Source: Octopus vulgaris
Lineage: Eukaryota
Direction of reading: 5' to 3'
DNA length: 64,000 nucleotides
Assembly: GCA_951406725.2 (NCBI GenBank)
Contig: OX597823.1
Span: 15,624,001-15,688,000 of the forward strand
This document shows, piece by piece, positions 12,920-26,899 of the stretch. Within the stretch, counting starts at the first letter, position 1, and every line of letters begins with the position of its first letter. A program made the translations under genes and the position numbers. The notes under the pieces were generated by a model. It made no database searches. It had not been told where the DNA came from and saw only the letters and a program-made list of their open reading frames with translations.

Positions 12920-15185
12920 TATTTAATATTTGCTATCATTTTTTGGTGGGTGTTTATCAATTAGCTTACGTCAAAAATAGATTTAGGAGGCAATGGCCAG
13001 GGAAAGATTGAAAACCACTGAACTAATTTATGTTTTACCTGTGTGCCATAAAGGAATGTAATTCAATGCACAAATGCATGCCAATACACACACACACACA
13101 AATATATGTACATAAAATCTAAAACATATATACACACACACACTGCATATAATGTACATACACACATGTACATATTGTACCATCGTAGTTTTTGAAAGAA
13201 CATTCAGTAATGAGTCTTGTAGACTAACAAGCAGTAAGTTAATCAGAGAACAGAAATGGATCACAGACATCACCAATTGAAATCAAGCCCAAATTACCTA
13301 CCTAACCCAAAAATACATTGGAAACAACACACACACAGAATGGTGGGTAGGCAGCTTCCAGCAGAAAGGTTATCAAAATAGATACATTTCAACGAGAATA
13401 AGGTTTTTACTGAAGTGGCTTACATTTCAACTTGCAGATCATTACACACATCTTTAAATTATTTGGCAGACTCAGTAGTTACTCTGAGTCAGCTAAAGTG
13501 TCTAGTGGTGCTTAATTGTGTTCATTCAAATTCAGAGTTCAAATCCTACCAAGAATTACTTTGTCTTTTATGTGTCTACAGTTGCTAAAATTAGCACCAA
13601 TCAAGTGCAGAGGATTTATCTTAATCAACAATTTTTCTCAAAATGTATGGCTACGGAAGAATTAATAGAGTAACACACAAAGTGCCTAACAGTATTTAGC
13701 TGTGTAGCTTTAAAAGTTTTTGAGCTCAAAGCTAGCAATGGTCAACTTTTTCATCCTTCTGAGCTTGATAAGTACCAGTGAGTACTGATGACCGAAGCAA
13801 CTATATCCATTCCCACATTTGCTCACAAGATTCATTAAGTAAATGGTATTTCATCAATCAACAGTAATCTTCCCTTCATCTTTATCATTTTACATCTGCT
13901 TTCCATACTGGCACGATTGATTAGACAGGCTGTCACAGTCCAAATCAGTTCTTGTTCAGAGTTACTGCTCTCCTACACAAGCTGGATGATAGCATCTTGC
14001 TTGTATATTCCATCCTTGGCAGGGTTTCTATGATTGGCTGCCCTCCCTAACACATGGTTAAGTGCATTTTACAGTGGCACCAGCACAATATGCAACAGTT
14101 TGCATCAAGGACTTGATGAGAAATCCATTATCCAGTCATTCACCAACCACTTTACACCATGCATTAGGTGCATTTTATTCCTGGAACCAGTACCAGAAAG
14201 ATAAAGAGAGCAAGGCAGAATGAGAGAGAGAAGTTTCCTTGTCGTCTGCAAGATTAAATAGCTATATCTTTTCTATGTTGCCTCCATTCTTTCAAAGCAA
14301 ACATGACAGAGGGTGAATAGAATAAAGAGTGATGACTTAAGGTGAAATAAGAAGGTGTTATGAGTATGAAACAAAGTGGTATGGTTACTTTGTTCCATGT
14401 AAGATACAAGACACCTTTCTATATAGTCTCTGTTCTTTTTAGACAAACATGAATGAGAATAGGAACAGAAGTGATGGCCAAGAGAGTCAAAGCAGAGAAA
14501 GTTAGAGTATGATGGATGGAAGTAAAGTGACAAGATAATAGGGGAGGGAGCAATAGAAGAGAGACAGTGATAGCAAGATACTGGTTGTTGGTAGGATGTT
14601 GAACAGAAAGAGCAATCCAAATATTATCATAGCAGGAAGGAGTGTGTGTAGTATAGCAGTAGAAATGGGTGAAAGAGTGGTAGATGTCAACTGAGAGCCT
14701 CACAGAAAATGGTTTTTAATAATAATAAAGGGTGCCAGATAAACATATCTGATGCCATCCCTCATTGCACAAATACCAAACACCTGTGATAGAAGTGATG
14801 TAGAGTGATAGGGAGGCTATGGTAAGAGAGAAGGGCAGTGATAATGATAATGGGTGATGAATGTTAGGGTCAAATACAGACAAATTAGATGGCCTCCCAA
14901 ATTATTCAGGTAGCATGGTACAATGAAAAGAATAATCAGATATATGAGAGGAAATAGATAGGGAAATAGAAGGAAACTTGACAAAAGAATACTGAGTAAG
15001 AGAGCCAATGATATATTTTACATCCCAACCTTAATCACTACTACTATTTTAAGAACCATTTATTTTTTTCTTACATGCACCAGTGGGTCTTTTTCAGGAC
15101 TATAAACTGTCAGTCATCTCAGTATCATATCATTCATGAAGTTCAGTTTATCAGTTTTACTATTTCATAGGTGCTCAGTACTTCA

Positions 15186-15414
15186 TTAACCCTTTAGTGT
15201 TCACATTATTCTACCAAAATTAATGCTTTTTCATCCACATTGTTTTGAACTAATCATTCATTATTTTGTAGCTATGAGATTTTGATGAGGAAGCTGTTAA
15301 TTTTTAAAACGACATAGTAGGGTCGGTGTGAGATGTCAGATCTGGCCAGTTTCACCATAAAACAGGCAGAATACTTTTGGCCGGATATGGCCGGTTTCAA
15401 TGCTAAAGGGTTAA
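15186..15414. mobile_element. piggyBac-type MITE family 1
   Basis: TTAA-CCCTTTAG...CTAAAGGG-TTAA. Confidence 0.85.
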
Positions 15415-16156
15415 ACTACTAACATCCTCTTTGCACATACCAGTACTTCCAATTTCTCAAGTACATAGTTGTGATTACTCTGGAATACCCAAACATTTTA
15501 AAATGCAACTTCTACATCTGATCATGAATTAAATAAAGAATGTTTTTTTTCTGTACTGTACTACACAAACAGAGGTTAGCAGTGGTGGGAAGGTATGTCT
15601 GAGTTTTGAAAAATATAATGCACTAGCTATCAATAAATAATTACCGCTCCAAGGACTCTAGATTCAATATACATAGCTTTAATAAATGGAGTATTTTTTG
15701 CTTTCTCTTTATTTGCATTTCATTAGAAAGATGTCTGCAAACGTTTTGCTGAAGAGTTGAAGGTACTTTTAATTTTGAATACTGCATTAGCTCACCAATG
15801 TGGACACTAAATTATCAGTAATGATGGTAAAATTAAATTCATGTTATTGCAACCCATTGATGACCCAATCAAAGGAACAAAATATAATTGTAGTCTGCAA
15901 GAAATTATACCTGTGAAGGTATCTAATAGAAAAGGATGGTCTTAAGAAAGACACACAGGAACAAAGAATTGTCAGTAACATCAAGAACTACAGCCTCAAT
16001 ATTCAATTTAGAAGCTTTCTGGAAAGCAGTCCCTGGAAAAAACTTCTGAACAATGTTAAGGTAAAATACATTTTGAAGGATTTGAAAGAAGGCATTTCAG
16101 CATGATCAAGCCTAAACCTGTGCCAAAAGAAGCACTTGGCTCTTCTGCTCATTCCT

Positions 16157-16385
16157 TTAACCCTTTCGTTACCAACCCGGCTAAAACCGGCCTTGGCTCT
16201 GCAGTACAAATGTCTTGTTTTCCTAAGTTTTTAATTAAAATCTTCCACCAAACCTTAGTAACAATTTATGTTCCTAGCACTAGCTGAATGATAACTAAGT
16301 TATTTTACTAAATTCTTTGTTACATTTAAAGTAATTGAAAACAACACAGAGCATCTCAAAATAAATACAGTAACGAAAGGGTTAA
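16157..16385. mobile_element. piggyBac-type MITE family 2
   Basis: TTAA-CCCTTTCGTTAC...GTAACGAAAGGG-TTAA, perfect TIRs. Confidence 0.9.
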
Positions 16386-16744
16386 TGTCCATAGTATAAA
16401 GATCCATGGGTTGTAATCAGAACAAAGCCTGTAAACTCTCACCTGCCAACCTCCACAGGTAAACACCTTGTTCCTTAGCCATTCTTGCAATAGTTTTCAT
16501 ACACAAACATATACAGAGAAAAAATAGACAAGTTTGACCAGAATATCCTTACATTACCAAATGAGTTATTCCTTTATTTCAGATGAAAGAGTAAGACTTG
16601 AATGAAATTTACCTGCCATTTCTGAGCAGTTGAAAGCATAGAGACGTACGTACATACATATGTATGTATGTATGAGCATGGCCTAAGGTGCTGCCTTCAC
16701 TGTAGCAAGATCGTGGTTTCAATTCCCGAACTGGATAGTGCAGT

Positions 16745-17180
16745 GTATCATAAGGCTCAGCATTTTGAGATCAGTCTTCAATATTTCATCCCATCCTCCT
16801 GGGTCTCCATTTCCACAGCTTGCCTCCTCTTTCAGTGGTCAGCACTCGTTTATGCAAATGTCCCCATCCATCCGCATCACATGACCAAACCAGCACAGTC
16901 TCTTCTCTACGCTGCATATATTTCCTCTTATGCCCAACTTCTCTCTCAATACACAAAGTACTTTGTCACACATGCACACTGACATCACACATCTAGCAGA
17001 GCATACCAGCTTCGTTCCTATCCAGTCTTTGCATGTCCTCCACATTCAGGGCCCCCACATCTCACTACTGTGCAACACTGTGATTCATACACATGCATCA
17101 TACAATCTTCCCTTTACTCAGAGCGAGAGAGAGGCATTTGGTTGCCAACAGAGGTAAAAGCTCTCAACTTTCTCCATCTT
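16745..17180 (-). mobile_element. RTE LINE C-terminal ORF fragment
   Basis: LREKLGIR...KRLCWFGHVMRMD matches the RLRWFGHVxRM motif downstream of RTE-clade RT. Confidence 0.75.
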
Positions 17181-20100
17181 ATTCTCTATATATATCATCA
17201 TCATCATCACCGTTTAACGTCCGCTTTCCATGCTAGCATGGGTTGGACGACTTTGACTGAGGGCTGGTGAACCAGATGGTTGCACCAGGCTCCAATCTTG
17301 ATCTGGCAGATATGTATAACCATTTTCATATCCACTTTTCCATGCTTGCAGAGATCAAGTAGAATTCAATGAAGCAGCTTTTCTACAGTTGGAAGCATTT
17401 CCTAATGAAAACCCTCTTTCTTTCCAAGCAAGGTACTATTTCCTCATGACCAAACATGTTTTCACGGAAGATTGGAAACAAATGACACTGCTTGTATGAC
17501 AGTGACACTCATTTACAACTACCATGTTTTACACACACACATAATGATGATGAGTTATATTTCATCATGTCATGCTAAGAAGCAGCACACAGTACCAGAT
17601 GAGATATACATATATACAATGGGTTTCTTTTATTTTCATCTACCAAATCATTTCACGAGGCTTTAATCAGCCAGAGCTATAGCTGAGGACACTTGCTCAA
17701 GATAGCAGGCAGTGGAACTGAACTCAAAAGTATGCTGTTGGGAAACTAACTTCTTAACCCATACCTGTGCCCATGTGTGTGTAAATATGCAGTGCCGTTC
17801 CCTAGCATGGCTGCAGTCCAATGACTGTAACAATATAAATATATATATATATATATATATATCTTAGCACATATATATATGTATACATATGGTAGCACAT
17901 ATATACACATACATCTTCAGACATAGATGTGTACATATACATTTTTACATATATACATACATATTCATAGCAACAAAGTGTGTGTGTGTGTGTGTGTGCA
18001 TATACATATATATACATATATATATATATAAAATATATATATATATATATTTGTTTTTTTTAAGATAGTTTTATTGTTTTAGCTCTTACGAATAAAGCTT
18101 GCTGTTGTAGCACCGCCTCCTGTGTGTGTGTATGTATGTGTAAAATACTCAAGTGCTGCTGTTCATGAGAGTGGTGACGTAAGGAACACAAAATAAATCT
18201 TCCTTGGGATAAATTTACAGACCAAAAATTTGACATTCCTTGTCATCGACATTGCAATATGTGAGCTGCTTCGGCACCTTCCTCACTTTTTTTAACCCAT
18301 CATTTTCCACCACCACCACCCGTTTTTTTTTATTTTATTTCATTTTATTTTTTGTTTATACATCTGTAAATTGGTCGAAAGGAAGAAAAATGTGAAGGAC
18401 GATGACCATTTGCTAGCCATCCGGTCAGTATGTATGTATATAATATCATCCTCCTACACAGTGGGAATTGAGAAACGTGAGCAAAGCTATTTCTGATATA
18501 AGAAAACTAGCAGGGTGGCGGGGGTGGGGGGGGGGGTAGAAAGCGAAGTGGTTAGGCAAATGATTAAAATATTTCAATAATGTAATCAGATTATTATAAT
18601 AATAAAATTTGGGGCAAATGCCAGGTTTTTTGATTTTTGATCTTTTTTTTTTTTTTTTTTTTCCTTTTTCGCAGGAATAAAATAAAACAGTCGATGGAAT
18701 TCATTCCAGTATCTTATAAAATAATACCCCAAAAAAAAATAATAATAATTTTTAAAAAATGAACCTTTACTACAGTTCTTCAGTTTGTATTTGACATCAC
18801 GAGTGAGACTTGCAGGGGCACCGCCTTCGAGCAATAAACTGCAGAAACTCACAATAAACAGACCGAAGAACTAAGCACCATAACGTCTGGCAGAGAGAGA
18901 GAAAGAGCGAGAGAGACTTTATCCCTTCAACATTGACAATGACTTTCATAACTACGAAATAGCGAAAAATTAAAGAACATCGTTTTTTTTTTTTTTCTAA
19001 TGTCTGTTAACCTCACCTAACATACACACACACATATATACTTACACACGTGTGTGGAGACACACACATCTCTCTCTCTATATATATATATGTGTGTGTG
19101 TGTGTGAGTATGTGTTTTCGCTAATACTAATTGTGAGCTAACTCGTTACTTGACACTAATAATTTTCTACGCCGACAGCTGAAGTCATATGACACAATCA
19201 GATAAAACCGTTTTCCTCTCTGGTGCAGCAAAAAAAAAAGAAGTAAAACTAAATAAAAAAAACATAGTGATGAAGGAAAGGAGGAGGTGGTAAGAAAACG
19301 GATACAAAAATATCTCCCAAAAAAAAGAAAGTTAACGATTAAATAAAAATTTCTAGAGAAAACACAAAAGAGAATTTGCGCCGTTGCCTCCCCCAAATGA
19401 TGCAGCGAAGTAGAGATTACCATACTAAAACGAATACGAAGGAATGCTCCAGTGCGCCACGAATTCCTTCAGATTATATATATATATATACACACACAAA
19501 TTAAATGAACAACACACAGACACACACAAGGAGGGGTTTCGAGCACCGCGTTGGAAATTATCAAACGATGATTACTGAAATCATTTACGAAATAATAACC
19601 AAAAACAATTAACGAACTGCAAACAAATTTTGGAGAATAAAATTCAAAACCAGACACACGCATTATGTCCGTATACAAATGTGTGCGTGTGTGTGTACAG
19701 GGGTATGCATGTATGTATATATATATATATACAAGAAATCATTTTACCTTTGCCCATATAATACAGTAAATGAATTGATTGCATCACAATCATTAACATT
19801 TATGTATTAACTTTGTTGGGTACTTCACTAGCAGTATATTGGATATACGTTATCCCATAGAGGCTTGCATTTACAACCCCTATCTCAATTTGTATATATA
19901 TATATTATACAGACATGCTGTGGTTTAAGTAGAAACTACGCCACATCACGGAAGACAATATTTTCGCGGGTTTTGCCAGATAATATTTATTTATTTATTT
20001 ATTTATATATATATAAGAATTAATTATTATGAGGAAAGGGGAAAGCGATTGTATATTCTTGTCAAGCAGAAAAGCACGGATTTAGAAGCACATTCTTGTA

Positions 20101-20337
20101 CATAGATACTTATCGCTTAACGCAGACAAATGTTAACACACACACGTAATCATAAGCAACTATTTGTTGAAGTATATATATATATATATAAAATATATAT
20201 GTGTGTGTGTGTGTGTGTGCATAAAAATATACACGCACACACACACACATATATATATATATATAAAATTAATATAATATAGTCTTATACATATAAATAT
20301 ATACACACATAATTAACACGCCTATAAAAAAATAAAC

Positions 20338-20369
<32 letters not shown>

Positions 20370-21348
20370 GATGGTATACACATTTCGTAAGCACAATATC
20401 GATATAAATATATTTATAATATATATGATGTAACATCTACTTATATAATACACATGCATACAAACACACGCCATATATATATATAGCTAAGGTACCTGAC
20501 AATTTTAACTGGCTTACAGCAGGTTTTTACTCGCTGCTTTTTGTATGTCATCATATTTATATTTGTTATTATTGTAATGCAATTGATATATTGCAGTTTT
20601 CCATGTGTGAAACTTTAGAAACTGTTTATTAATAATTATAAGCTGGCAACTCAAGAAAACACAGTTTAACTTTTGTTTTCATTGTAATTCTAAATTGATG
20701 TGAAATGCATAAAGCAGAAGTAATTCTAAGAGAAATAGGTTTTATTCGAAAGAGATATGGAGTAAACATTTCTTGTTCTGTAGTTTGATGCTCTAAAGAA
20801 AAAAAAATTATCCACTTGGCCTCACATGTGAGTATGTAACATAAAACTGATCATGAGAGAAACATAGACTTGTTAGTCCAACTCCAGCAATCCTGAGAGA
20901 ACTGCTCTTTAAATGTGTTGTGATTGGTCATGGAGAAAGATTGTCTCTAAAAACTGAAGGCAATTAAACTAAAATAGCAATGTATGAGATGAAAATAGGC
21001 GAATGCATTGAATGAAAACATCTCTTTTCCTTGGCACAGCCAGTCATATCGGTGACTTCAGTTGCATGAGGCATGGATTTCAATAGTTAGTCTTGTGCTA
21101 CAACTGAAGTAAAAGGTTTACAAACAGGATTGTCGGCACACTTTTGTTATGTGTAAACTCTCATACGAGGAGAATGATGAAGTTTTTCCGCTCCAAACAT
21201 ACGAATCTTCAAGGCATGCTCTCAAGTCATCAGCTGGTGTCACTTAAAGGAAGACTGTCAGAGTTTGCTTGAAATCACCAGAGAACAAAACTGTGAAACA
21301 TCATGCATTCATCTGATACTTTCAACTTATTCTGCTTCAGAATCTGTA

Positions 21349-21565
21349 AGGCGGCGATCTGGCAGAAACATCAGCACACCGGGCGAAATGCTTTGTGGCA
21401 TTTCATCCACAGCTGCATTCTGAGTTCAAGTCCCGCCGAGGTCGACTTTGCCTTTCATCCTTTCGGGGTCGATAAATTAAGTACCAGTTATGCATTGGAG
21501 TCGATGTAATCGACTTAATCCGTTTGTCTGTCCTTGTTTGTCCCCTTGTGGGCAATAAAGAAATA
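21349..21565 (+). mobile_element. SINE family N (Nin/Deu-domain-like) with 10-bp TSD
   Basis: Core gtcgactttgcctttcatcctttcggggtcgataaattaagtacc. TSD AGAATCTGTA at 21339-21348 and 21566-21575. Confidence 0.85.
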
Positions 21566-22964
21566 AGAATCTGTACTTGTTTCACTCCTTTGCTAATATT
21601 GCACAAAGGACTATAACTGTGTACATGGTTTGAGATGCAGTTTAAAAGCAGAATGGTCAGTGCTGTCACCTGTGAGCAAAGCAGCAGCTGTTTCAAAGGC
21701 TTTGAATGAATGAAACTTTCAGCCAAAATTTGGTTTATTAAAAACCTTCGCCCGTTCCACCAGAAGTGTGGCTGTGTAATTAAGAAGTTCACTTTCCATC
21801 TATATAGTTTTGGGTTCAACGTCTTCTACTACAGCCCCAGGTTGACCAAAACCTTGTGAGTGAATTTGGTAGATGGAAACTGAAAGAAGTCCATCATATA
21901 CATGTGAGTGTGAGAGAGAGAGAGTGTGTGTTTGTGTGTGTGTGTATGCACGCGCATGCGTTTTGTGTGTATTTATGTTTATACTACAAAAGTTACAAGT
22001 GATGAGCAGTGTTGCAGTCACTTCTTCAGTCAACAAATCATTCACTAGCTTTGCACCTTCAAAAGATCTATTGCTTGGAAACTGATAAGGGTAAGCAAAA
22101 GGTAGGGCATCCATTTGAAAAACATACCTCAGTCAAATGTCACAAATTATTTGACCCTTTTACTTTCTTATTTTAACCAAGAATGGCTCATTTTGGTAGA
22201 CATACTGTTCTACTGTTGACAGTCAAAGATAATTACATAAAGAATCTACTGAGAGTTGCACCTGCAGTTTGTACTGGAGCTACTTGTCTGCAATATGCAG
22301 TATTTTCAATGAAGATCAATGCTTGGTTGTACATGTTAGACGTAAACTTTAAATGCACGTTTTTTGACTGTTGTATTTCACAGGTGCTTCTTTTATGCCA
22401 CCTTGATTATGCCAAAGTTGCTGAAAACTGGATGATGAACAAATATAAACATGCTCCTCATTTTGTTGTGGAATACAAGACTGCAGCCTCTTCTAAGGTA
22501 CTATTCAAGTTTACTTTATGTCCCATGAGGCATCTTCTCTAGCAAGCTTCGCAGAATTTTCCAAACTTATCAAGGACTGTTTTGAGGTCCAGGATGTTAG
22601 ACCATGAATATTGAGCAGGAGGTGCTTGAAATTTAAATTGGCTACAAAAGTTCCTCATTTAAAAACCCTACCTTCAAAATGTTATAATGTATATTTTCAC
22701 TGTTACAACTGAGCCATGAATGCATGGAAAAGTAGATGCTAAAACAATGATGCTGTTTATGCTTAAATTTGGCTACACTTCTAAAAATATCCAGGTATTA
22801 TACTCTAAAAACAAGACAGTTAATTTTTATAAAATGCAAAATAATATTCAAACATTAATGAAAGTTAAGAGTCAGATTTATAGAACATTACACCTAAATG
22901 TTTTAGAAACAAATTTCAATGAAAGAAGTTGTTTTCTATCTTCCATGATATTTGAAACTGTGTA

Positions 22965-23454
22965 CAGTAAATCCTCGAGTATAATCCGCATTTTTTCCCC
23001 AAAATTTAAAGGTCAAAATCCCTAGTGCATACTGTATACGAGGTTAAAAATTAAAAATATTTTCTAAGCAATGTTTATTCAGAGCATTTTGTGATGTCGG
23101 GCGCGAAAATACCTTAAGCTAAGCCTGAAAGCAATAAAGTCATAAAGGGATCATCCATAGCTTGCAGTAAGCAACATTTATTAAAATAAAAGTATTCAGA
23201 ACACAGAATAACATGTAACAAAAACAATTTGCAAACATTTACATTCCCATATAACAGTTAAGAACATCACCATTATTGTATTATACATGTGTGGAAGTGT
23301 TTGTTCGACTAGGTGCTGGTGGTTTAATTACGCACGACTCAAGTTAGAGAAGGGGTGCGTATTATACACAAGGTTCAGGTTTTTCAGAAGTACAGCCCCC
23401 TAAAAATCCCCTGCATATTATAGTCAAGGGTGGACTATAATCAATGATTTACGG
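22965..23454. mobile_element. pogo/Tc2-like MITE
   Basis: TA-CAGTAAATCCTCGAGTATAATCCGC at left, degenerate inverse GTGGACTATAATCAATGATTTACGG at right, with repeated subterminal motifs. Confidence 0.65.
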
Positions 23455-25070
23455 GACTAACTTTTCAATATGGAATTCTAATAACAGCGTTCTAGATATA
23501 CATTATTATACTAGCATATGTGTATGTATAATTAAAGAGAAAGAATGAGAGAGATTAAAGACTGATGGAGAAAGAAAAATTTATCCACACACACACATGT
23601 ATGTGTGTGTGTAAGTAGACATGCACAATGAGATCAGCAACAAATTTAGTATGCAGATCGTAGACCATCAGGGCTCAGTCATCAACCTCTCTAAAGACCT
23701 ATACTGGAAATATTTACAGTTCTAAGAAACAGTTAGATCTAGTAACACTTTCAGCTGATGCAGAGATGAAATAAGGCTCCACAAAAAAATGTACATTTTT
23801 GATCATTGAAAAACTATTTCCCAAACACACAACCTTTATTCTCTCTTTCTCTCCCCACCCCTTTCTAGATGACTGCTACAAATATACTTAAGTAATGAAG
23901 AAAAGGTTTCACGCAAAATGTGTTGTGAACAAAGAATGGTCTAAGAATATATTAAGCTTGAGAAAAATATAGCATTCAGTTTCACCTCTTGTAATAAGTT
24001 AATACTTTACAATGCATTTACAGTCCCAGCAGTGGCACCAACATTTGTAATGTTTGTCTATAGAAGAAATTTCCTCGCTACATATTAAAGGCAGTGATAT
24101 CTGGAATCTTCCACTGAAATAATGATACTGACAGCACCAAAAATAAATAAATAAATCAACCAAATGCTTAAACATGATGAGAACAACATTCTACAAGTCA
24201 GCAGTGAACTCAAGAAGTATTCACATCCAGATGGCCTTCCATGCAATCCCAGAATTACTGGACTATCGTCATTCAAAGTCTGTTTTCCATGCTGGCATGG
24301 ATTAGGCAATTTAACCAGAGCTGGTAAGGCCAGGGGCTGCACCAGGTCCCATTATCTGTTCTGGCATGCCCTTACTAATGCCAACCACTCCAAAGAGTGT
24401 GCAGGGTGTTTTTTTATGTGGCACCAGCACCGGTATCAATTCTGCTGTGGTGGTCAGGTCTTCTTGAGTACAACAAGGCACCAGATGTCTTGTTCCATTG
24501 TCATCTTTGTAAGGCTCAGTGTCTTGAGATTGCTCTTCAATACTTCATCCAGGTCTTCCTGGGTCTCCCTCTTCCATAAGTTCCAGACACTTTAAGTGAT
24601 TGGCACTTCTATATGCAACTACCTAGTGTACCCCAAATAAGAAGAGGAAGAGAAACATTCTACATGCCAAAAAAGGTCATGTATAACAGAAGGATAGTCT
24701 CTCTCTAGGAGTTATGTGTGATACATAATGTCATATTTCAGAGGTTATGCTTTTGCAATCAAAGAACAGGAGAAAGCTACAAAATACTTAATGAGCAAAA
24801 GAAGCTCTTAAACTGCATGATGCAAAAGAAAATATTGATGATATCAAATTCTCTGGAAGATATCACACAAGTGATCAGCAGCTGTTCAATAATGTCACTG
24901 AGGTACTATCTTCCAATACGGCATGATGAGGTTGCAGAAACAAAATAAAATTCATAGGAAAGAATGCCCTGGGGTGAATAGAAAATATTTCTATTGTTGA
25001 AATAAATACATATAAACACAAGGAATATTGGTGAAACATTACCATAAAAATTTCTGTTAAGTGCAAACAT

Positions 25071-25406
25071 GGGAGACCCCCTCGGTCATGAATGACCATG
25101 GGATTGCACCTAGAAAGTTACCCTCCAAGGTACAAGTCCGGGCAAGGTTGTTTATGGAAGGCCAGCAGTCGCCCATGCATACCAGCCGCCCCTTTCCACA
25201 CCACTGATGTTATCCAAGGGAAAGGCAAAGGCCGATACAGCTTGGCACCAGTGGTGTTGCAACTCATTCTACAGCTGAGTTAACTGGAGGAACGTGAAAT
25301 AAAGTGTCTTGCTCAAGAACACAACAGGCAGCCCGGTCCGGGAATCGAACTCACAACCCCACAATCGTAAGCTCGATGCTCTAACCACTGAGCCATGCGC
25401 CTTCAC
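25071..25406 (-). mobile_element. tRNA-derived SINE with 12-bp TSD
   Basis: A box TGGCTCAGTGG and B box GAGTTCGATTCC on the minus strand. TSD AAGTGCAAACAT at 25059-25070 and 25407-25418. Confidence 0.88.
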
Positions 25407-26899
25407 AAGTGCAAACATAACATGCTCAATATAGTTGTTTGAACAGAAAATAATTATATACTGTTTTAGAAGTCAACTGCCCTGAAGATGCGAAAATTTA
25501 TTTCAAAATCAGTGAGAAAAGTGTATTTGCAGACAACTGCATAGAAAGCTACAGTTTCTCAACCAAGTGTTAAAATTCTTTTATACCTATGATTATCAGT
25601 GCACTTAGCTACATTAGCAAATGTTTAAGTGCCAATCTTGAAGAGTTGAGATTTTCAGGTCAAGAAAGTAACAGCTAAAATGTATTTTAGAAATACAATC
25701 TGCAAACAGAATAGTAAAAGGGAGCAAGACTTTTCACTATTGTTGTTATTCAAATTCCAGTAATAGAGCAAGGTGTGTTTCTTTGTTAGAAACAAATGCC
25801 TTCTCTACGGGAAGGATTGAAATAAAAAATGGTTACATGCATATATGCATACATACGCATGTATATATACAATCACGCATAAATATGTTTGTACATACAA
25901 AGGTGGCAAATTGAGAGTCATGGATAACATTCATTCCAGCTCACTGCATTCAGAGTTCAAATCCCATAGAGGTCCAATTTGTCTACCATCCCTTCAGAGT
26001 TGTTAAAAAAAATCGCCAACCCAATACTGGGATAAATTTTTTTTCTCTCTGAAAGAAACTGACTGTGGTTAAGACTTTGGTAGGGATTGGTTCCAAAAGA
26101 TCTAAAATGTCTAAAACAGATTATATATTATGATGGCACTCCTACAATTTCTTATGAAGCTGAAGGCCCAAGGAAGGAAAGACATGTGTGTATGTATACA
26201 TATGTATACACACACACATCGTCATGTGTGTATATATGTATGTACATACATCCATACATGAATGCATGGATACATAGGTGAAGGCATGATTGTGTGGAAA
26301 AGATCACTTCCAAACCATATGGTTTGGGGTTCAGTCCCAAACCCCAGTCCAGTGGACGCTGGATGCTGTTGGTGGGTGTCCTATATTCTAGCTGCAGGTC
26401 AACTTATTATATTTTGTGAGTGAAATTGATAGATGGAACTGAAGAAGCTCATCATGTGTGATTGTGCATTCACACTTCCTTTTATCTTCATATGTTTGCT
26501 GGTTGTAGACAAAAGTTTCACAGTCCACAGGTGTTGTTTGCTTGCAGTCTACTACAAAAGCACATACAGGCACCTTGACATGTCTGAACACTGCACAATA
26601 TTTGCAAGAAAGGTGCATTCAAATAGTGTGATGTTTTCAGTTCTTTGTGTTACCATGTCCAAGCTGTTTACTGCTCAATACACTGGGAGATTATTACCTT
26701 GCTTGGAAACAGGTGAAGTCTGACAACAGGAAGGGCATCCAGCTGTAAAAAAACTCTGCCCTAACATAGTCTTATCTGACCCATACAAACATGGAAAAAG
26801 TAAATGATAATCAAAGATAAAGATATGTGTGTGTACACATGCATAAATGTATGTGTGTGTATTAGGTGACAGGTTTACATAGCAAAGAGAATAGGAAAA

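Larger units (their letters stand above)
10288..13020 (+). mobile_element. Degenerate Buster/Charlie-type hAT DNA transposon with transposase pseudogene (~10288-12430)
   Basis: Reconstructed motifs MAGSARKKCxQY, FSIQIDEST, CATDGAKSMVG, IHCVLHRHNL and TSYLVETGF (DDE triad plus CxxH), with many stops and frameshifts. Right TIR TTGAAAACCACTG ends at 13020. Left end not found. Confidence 0.9.

Noticed and set aside
14230-15030. Purine-rich block with several minus-strand ORFs (similar block at 55900-56560)
   Set aside because: Compositional bias explains the ORFs; probably an old repeat that I could not assign.
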